64,000 nt of DNA from Minisyncoccia bacterium. GTDB lineage: Bacteria; Patescibacteriota; Minisyncoccia; Phycocordibacterales; UBA9973. Position numbers and translations under genes: made by a program. The stretch is from contig JBGATK010000002.1 in assembly GCA_044229265.1 (NCBI GenBank), forward strand, positions 15,092-79,091, in the 5' to 3' direction. Under the pieces are notes generated by a model that saw only the letters and a list, made by a program, of their open reading frames with translations, ran no database searches and was not told the origin of the DNA. This document shows, piece by piece, positions 58,708-64,000 of the stretch. Within the stretch, counting starts at the first letter, position 1. Every line of letters begins with the position of its first letter.

Positions 58708-60000
58708 ATGAAAAATTTTCAAATTATTAGCTTGGTGGTTTTCGGATTATTTGCGGTCTTTGGACTTTTAGTTTTTTCTGGAACTATAGACATAGGCTCT
58801 AATAATCAAAATACTGCTAAGGGCACCGTGACGCTCTGGGGCACATATGATAAAAGTAATATAGAATCTCTGATAGATGATTTCAATGCTCGCAATCAGA
58901 CTTTTGAAGTAAAATATTCGAAAAAAGATGAAGCAACTTTTGCCGGAGATTTACTCGAAGCTATAGCTTCTGGCACTGGACCTGATATGTTTTTCTTGCC
59001 AGATGACCTAGCTTTGCAATATGCAAATAAGATTTATACTATTCCGTATGCTAGTTATCCTGTAGCTTCTTATAAAAATTCTTTTGCACAGGCTGGGGAA
59101 GTATTTTTAACTTCACGTGGGATACTAGCTTTTCCTATGGTTATTGATCCACTCGTTATGTATTACAATAGAAATATCTTGGATTCAAATAGTATTGCTT
59201 ACCCACCTAATAATTGGGAAGAATTTACAATTCAAGCTACAAAAATTACTAAAAAGGACGCTGATAAGCAGATACAAAAAAGTGCAGTAGGTTTCGGACA
59301 ATACTCAAATGTATCTGGAGCAAAAGACATACTTGCTATGCTTTTTATGCAAATAGGTAATGGTATTGTGAAAGAAAAAGGAAGTGATTTTGGATCAGTG
59401 CTTAATGAAAAGGTGGCAAATTTACCAGCTCCAGAGACCGTGATACCTTTTTATATTTCTTTTGCTGATCCGTCTAAGACTAATTATGTTTGGAATAAAT
59501 CTTTTCCAAATTCACGGGAATATTTCGTAGCAGATAATTCAGCATTTTATTTCGGTCATGCTAGTGAGTTTACTGCTCTCGTAAATAAAAATCCAAATCT
59601 TAATTTTGGTATGGCAGAAGTTCCTCAGATAAAAAATTCGAATCTGAAAATTACCGGAGCTCGTACTACTGGTATAGCTGTGACTTCATTTTCAAAGAAT
59701 TTGAATACTGCACTTACTGCAGCAGGACTCATGGCTACTACGGATTTTGCAGATAAATTTGCAAAAGCTGTGGGCGGTGCGCCAGCGCGGAGAGATCTCC
59801 TTGCTGGCGCACCTACAGGCGAAGTTTCGCCCGCAGTATATTCTTCTGCCTTATTCTCTCGTAGTTGGCTTGATCCTAATTCTGCTAGTACTGACAATAT
59901 TTTCCGTGCCATGATAGACGGAGCTTTTTCAAATAACCGCTCGGGTGCTGATGTAATAGAAGAAGCTTCCGGAAGGTTAGAATTATTACTTCGAAAATAA
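58708..60000 (+). CDS. Membrane-anchored family 1 extracellular solute-binding protein, no permease adjacent
   Basis: TLWG, LLEAIA.G.GPD.F, P...D.L..YYN, P..W.EF. Confidence 0.82.
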   Translation: MKNFQIISLVVFGLFAVFGLLVFSGTIDIGSNNQNTAKGTVTLWGTYDKSNIESLIDDFNARNQTFEVKYSKKDEATFAGDLLEAIASGTGPDMFFLPDDLALQYANKIYTIPYASYPVASYKNSFAQAGEVFLTSRGILAFPMVIDPLVMYYNRNILDSNSIAYPPNNWEEFTIQATKITKKDADKQIQKSAVGFGQYSNVSGAKDILAMLFMQIGNGIVKEKGSDFGSVLNEKVANLPAPETVIPFYISFADPSKTNYVWNKSFPNSREYFVADNSAFYFGHASEFTALVNKNPNLNFGMAEVPQIKNSNLKITGARTTGIAVTSFSKNLNTALTAAGLMATTDFADKFAKAVGGAPARRDLLAGAPTGEVSPAVYSSALFSRSWLDPNSASTDNIFRAMIDGAFSNNRSGADVIEEASGRLELLLRK

Positions 60001-60002
60001 AT

Positions 60003-60464
60003 ATGAGTAAAATTATGAAAAATATCTTAAAAAAATTTCTTGTTTCGGTAGCTATATTATTTATGTTTTGCGCACCAACCTTTGCTTTTGCAGTAGAAAA
60101 AGAAGATGGAGGAGGACTGATACCTTGTGGTCTTACAAATAAAGAATTAAAAAAAGATCCTGCTACTGGACAAGTAACTGGAGGACAAATCAATGTTCCG
60201 TGCACTTTTGATCATGTCTTGGTCCTCATAAATAATGTCGTAAATTTTTTACTATTTAAATTAGCTGTGCCACTAGCAGCTATCGTATTTGTTTATGCTG
60301 GTGTTCAATTAATCACTTCTGGTGGTAGTAGCGAAGGTATGCAAAAAGCTAAAGCCATATTTACTTCGACAGCTATGGGGCTAATACTTGCTGTGGCGGC
60401 TTGGTTAATTATCCACACCTTGCTTACTATTGTAGGTTACGATGGTTCTTGGATTGGGTTATAA
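60003..60464 (+). CDS. CPR-type TrbC/VirB2-like pilin
   Basis: Signal peptide, GLIPC...C.F, two TM helices with YAG..LI.S.G....KAK loop. Confidence 0.8.
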   Translation: MSKIMKNILKKFLVSVAILFMFCAPTFAFAVEKEDGGGLIPCGLTNKELKKDPATGQVTGGQINVPCTFDHVLVLINNVVNFLLFKLAVPLAAIVFVYAGVQLITSGGSSEGMQKAKAIFTSTAMGLILAVAAWLIIHTLLTIVGYDGSWIGL

Positions 60465-60476
60465 TATTTATATATA

Positions 60477-60863
60477 ATGAATTTAAGTAAAAAAATCTTT
60501 GCATCGATGTTTCTAGCTTTAACTCTAGGAGTATTTCTGGTACCAACATTTTCTTATGCGCAAGATTCAAATAGTAAAATTACAGTTTCTGAAAAAGTAA
60601 AAAACCCGCTCGGTAGTAAATTTGAAAACTTAAATGATTTTGTAAAGACTCTACTTGAAGGATTTATTAAGATTTTGATACCCGTTATCGCTCTCGCTAT
60701 TATATATGCAGGACTTTTGTTTGTGACAGCTCGTGGAAATACAGAGAAAATTACTACAGCCAAGAATGCATTGCTATACGGGGTAATAGGGGCAGGGCTG
60801 GTACTCGGTGCGTGGGCACTGGCACAGCTGATATCCGATACCGTGATACAATTAAATGGTTAA
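60477..60863 (+). CDS. CPR-type TrbC/VirB2-like pilin
   Basis: NPL, IIYAG..FV.ARGN.EK...AK..L....IG. Confidence 0.82.
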   Translation: MNLSKKIFASMFLALTLGVFLVPTFSYAQDSNSKITVSEKVKNPLGSKFENLNDFVKTLLEGFIKILIPVIALAIIYAGLLFVTARGNTEKITTAKNALLYGVIGAGLVLGAWALAQLISDTVIQLNG

Positions 60864-60884
60864 TTATTAGTTAATATTATTAAA

Positions 60885-61283
60885 ATGAAAAAAGTAAAAA
60901 AACATATAGATAAAATATTTATTACGGGATTAGCATTGGCATTGCCTATGACGACTTTTGCGCAGAGTTCTAGTTGTTTAGCTGACTTTAAAAAAGAAGG
61001 TACATTAGGAGCACTTTTTGAATATTTAATTTGCTTAGCCCAAAGCTCTATAGTGCCACTATTATTTGTGGTAGCTATGGTTGCTTTTATTTGGGGTGTA
61101 GTGCAGTTTGTAGCAGGTGCTGATAATGAAGAGAAAAGAGAGAAAGGCAGGCAATTTATGATTTGGGGTATCGTGGGACTTGCAGTTATGGTTTCAGTAT
61201 GGGGACTCGTATCAATATTTACAAAATCTTTCGGAATTGATAATAACATCAAAGCACCTACTTTACCGAAATTACCAACATAA
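60885..61283 (+). CDS. CPR-type TrbC/VirB2-like pilin
   Basis: FIWGVVQF...DNEEKR.KGR..M.WGI.GL.VM.S.WG. Confidence 0.82.
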   Translation: MKKVKKHIDKIFITGLALALPMTTFAQSSSCLADFKKEGTLGALFEYLICLAQSSIVPLLFVVAMVAFIWGVVQFVAGADNEEKREKGRQFMIWGIVGLAVMVSVWGLVSIFTKSFGIDNNIKAPTLPKLPT

Positions 61284-61388
61284 ATAGTATTGCAAGAATT
61301 TTAGTTGTGGTATAATTAGTTTGTCTATATTAGGCAAAAATTATTATTAAAAGGTCGTTTAAATTTATTATCAATAATTAAATAAAAT

Positions 61389-61799
61389 ATGAAGAATTTA
61401 AAATCAAAGTTTTTAATTAGTGCAGGTACAGTAGCTGGCATAGCTATGCCACTTATGGCTTTCGCGCAATCAGTGCAAGATAATTGTGTAGGTCAAAACC
61501 CTGGCACTATTAACTTTATCCTTTGTAAGATAGCTTTCTTTATAAGTAGTATTATACCGATACTTATCACTCTCGGTGTTATTTACTTTATTTGGGGTGT
61601 TATCCAATACGCTATTGCTCAAGACGAAGAAGCAAAAACTCGTGGTCGCGATATCATGATATATGGTCTTATCGCACTACTCGTTATCGTTTCTATTTGG
61701 GGACTAGTAGCAATACTTCAAAATACTTTCGGTATTCAAGGTAGTGCAAAGATAAACATTCCTTGTATCGAAACTCAAGGCGTGAAGTGTCCGACCTAA
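61389..61799 (+). CDS. CPR-type TrbC/VirB2-like pilin (own promoter and leader)
   Basis: FIWGVIQY....EE.K..GR..MIYGLI.L.VI.SIWGLV. Confidence 0.82.
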   Translation: MKNLKSKFLISAGTVAGIAMPLMAFAQSVQDNCVGQNPGTINFILCKIAFFISSIIPILITLGVIYFIWGVIQYAIAQDEEAKTRGRDIMIYGLIALLVIVSIWGLVAILQNTFGIQGSAKINIPCIETQGVKCPT

Positions 61800-61809
61800 T
61801 TTCTTTTGT

Positions 61810-62151
61810 ATGGATTTCTTTTTTGTAAATACAGCTTATGCTAGTCTAGATACATTTCTCGCAAATGCAAATAGGCTAATCATAAACCCTATCATATACC
61901 TTTTGTTTGCTATTGCATTTGTTTATTTCTTGTATGGCATGGTGGAATTTATCGCTGGTGCTGACAATGAAGAAAAGCGCATGACAGGCAAGAGTCATAT
62001 GCTTTGGGGTATAGTTGGGCTCGGAATCATGATGGGAGTTTGGACTATATTACAGATAGTTATAAATACACTCGGGATTGAGAAAATCGACCCCAAGAAT
62101 CAAAAAGTAGAGCTCAATGATTATAATCCGAAATTTCCACCTAGTAAATAA
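61810..62151 (+). CDS. CPR-type TrbC/VirB2-like pilin
   Basis: INP...LF.IA..YF.YG...FI..ADNEEKR..GK.HM.WGI.GL.IM. Confidence 0.8.
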   Translation: MDFFFVNTAYASLDTFLANANRLIINPIIYLLFAIAFVYFLYGMVEFIAGADNEEKRMTGKSHMLWGIVGLGIMMGVWTILQIVINTLGIEKIDPKNQKVELNDYNPKFPPSK

Positions 62152-62239
62152 AATATAAATTACAAAAAACGCAAATAAAAAAAGCCCGAACATAATAAGT
62201 TCGGGCTTTTGCGTGGGCAGGGCACGTATTTACTGCCAA

Positions 62240-62725
62240 TTATTTATGAATCTCAACCTCTGTGATCTGGTAAAGATACACAGTGAAAGGTTCTTTTTCG
62301 GTCGTATCAGCTTTTAGTTTAATTACGTCGCCGTAATTTACTAAAGGACTATTATACTGTTCTATTTTTTTAGAGCGGAACTGCCACTCCTTGATCGATG
62401 GATAATAAACGAAATGGTCATGTCCGTTTACTCGAACTTTTACTCCACCAGTGAATTCTATAGGTGGAAGTGTAAGTTCACTACCAGGATAACAGATGAA
62501 TTCACCTTTGGGGTTTAACATCTCTACCGTTTTGGTATTTTCCTTTTTGTCTTCATCCTTTTTTTCTTCACTTTTATTGCACCCTCCTTTTAAGAGAAGT
62601 AATAAAACAAAAAGAAGAATTATTCGAATCACCCACGTGATAGCTGTCCCAGTTGGGCCAGTCATAGATGGGGCATTATTTGCTGGTGGAGGAGGTGTGC
62701 CTCCTCCGGTATTAGCTGTTGCCAT
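62240..62725 (-). CDS. Hypothetical membrane-anchored protein
   Basis: Pro-rich N-terminus, single TM ending KGGC; abuts the upstream gene. Confidence 0.6.
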   Translation of the reverse strand: MATANTGGGTPPPPANNAPSMTGPTGTAITWVIRIILLFVLLLLLKGGCNKSEEKKDEDKKENTKTVEMLNPKGEFICYPGSELTLPPIEFTGGVKVRVNGHDHFVYYPSIKEWQFRSKKIEQYNSPLVNYGDVIKLKADTTEKEPFTVYLYQITEVEIHK

Positions 62726-63934
62726 TTAGGTTTTTTTAATTGGTGATGGTTTTTTTACTTTCTTTTTCTGTCCGGAGTTTCCTCCTTTTAAAGCAACTGC
62801 TGCAGTAGCAATAGCTTTGATTGTATCAGGAGTAAATTTTTCTACTATTTTCGGATCTAAACCCGAGAAATTGATGTTGTAATCGTTTTGATCGATCGTT
62901 TTCTTCCAATCGATTCCTGAAAAGAATGCTGCGAAAACTGTAGCGTCTTGTTTTTCTAAACCAAATTCTCCCTCCATAAGCATCGCTAACATTAATTTAA
63001 AATTGGCCGTATCGGTCAATTTGCTCTGTTGCGCAAGCGTCTTTTCATCTGGCTGTGAATCATACACAGTCGGTTCAGAAAATTTAATCGGATATCTAGA
63101 AGCCAATGGATTAAACGTATTTTTTGGAAAAATTTCTTTAGATTTTGCTGCACTACATTCAATTACAGTTTTCTCTTTGTAGAAATCTTGCATTACTGCT
63201 TTTGCAAAAACTGTTTGCTCTTCCTTGATCGTATTTTTATATTCTATAAACTTCATAGCATTTTGTGCTATTACTTCGATAGGAGTAGTTTCCTCTCCTA
63301 AATAAGCTTTGCTTATCACTGAGGCCTTTCCTTTAAACAAGGTTCCAGGAGTTTTCGTCTGAAAGTCATCTTCTATTTCGGTAATGATATCTGCTTTCAA
63401 ATCGATATAATCCTGATACTTTGCAAAGATAGATCTCCAATTGAAACCATTAAAATATACTCTTTTCTCTTTTGTTAAAGTATCAAGGAGTACTATGCAT
63501 GTTAATGCATTTGGCTCAATGTAAGTTCTAGCGAGCAAGATTAGCAACACCCCAACAAATATAGCTAGGCATGTGTAGACTTGAGTCATAAAATCAGGTA
63601 TACCCAAAAGTGTGAATACCATCAAAGAGATTAAACTGCTAATGCCACAAATAAATGAAATATTTGTGATTAATACATAGTTTTCAAATTTCACTTCTTT
63701 TATCTTTCTTAATTTAAGAGTTGTAAAAAAGAAAAAAGTTGATGTTCCTAGTATTACTAACAATACTATTATTATTGAAGCATCAGCAAGCAAATTTAAT
63801 ACATTTCCAGATTTACTTACAATATAAGTAAATGAAGAATTTATTATTTCCTTTTGCTCCGGAGAGCCGAAGAAAATAACAGTTAAGCAGATTGCAATTA
63901 AACAACCCACAAAAATTAAGATTCTATTGATCAT
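62726..63934 (-). CDS. Hypothetical multi-TM protein, possibly a divergent SPFH domain
   Basis: Four N-terminal TM helices followed by a soluble domain; weak resemblance only. Confidence 0.5.
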   Translation of the reverse strand: MINRILIFVGCLIAICLTVIFFGSPEQKEIINSSFTYIVSKSGNVLNLLADASIIIVLLVILGTSTFFFFTTLKLRKIKEVKFENYVLITNISFICGISSLISLMVFTLLGIPDFMTQVYTCLAIFVGVLLILLARTYIEPNALTCIVLLDTLTKEKRVYFNGFNWRSIFAKYQDYIDLKADIITEIEDDFQTKTPGTLFKGKASVISKAYLGEETTPIEVIAQNAMKFIEYKNTIKEEQTVFAKAVMQDFYKEKTVIECSAAKSKEIFPKNTFNPLASRYPIKFSEPTVYDSQPDEKTLAQQSKLTDTANFKLMLAMLMEGEFGLEKQDATVFAAFFSGIDWKKTIDQNDYNINFSGLDPKIVEKFTPDTIKAIATAAVALKGGNSGQKKKVKKPSPIKKT

Positions 63935-64000
63935 CGTTTATGATTTTTTTTGTGAAAAAATTTTTGTCAAAAGGGAATATTCCCATACGTATTACCTATA

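Overview
AT-rich bacterial chromosomal segment, most likely from a Patescibacteria/CPR Parcubacteria (OD1) genome. The evidence is the 16S signatures, the missing anti-Shine-Dalgarno tail, and a tandem VirB2/TrbC-like pilin cluster; the genetic code is standard. Core genes are htrA, rnj, secG, secA, murE, rpsA, gyrA and a stand-alone 16S rRNA gene. An accessory array of short, mostly co-oriented stress/defence genes spans about 14.7-33 kb. A REP-associated tyrosine transposase (RAYT) is present, and several families of palindromic repeats occur, two of them in frame inside genes. The strongest candidate for an undescribed system is two orphan ribonuclease genes (PemK/MazF-like and NYN-domain), each followed by a convergent sigma70 promoter predicted to drive a ~50-nt structured RNA, which may act as an RNA antitoxin. 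Next to them is a MazG + GIY-YIG/DUF2075 helicase/LexA-type autopeptidase + Abi-alpha-like defence-type operon. Also seen: two orphan structured ncRNA candidates, several unannotated micro-proteins, and Bacteroidota-style secreted ORFans, one with a T9SS-like C-terminal domain. All family assignments come from motif recognition by eye; no database search was run.
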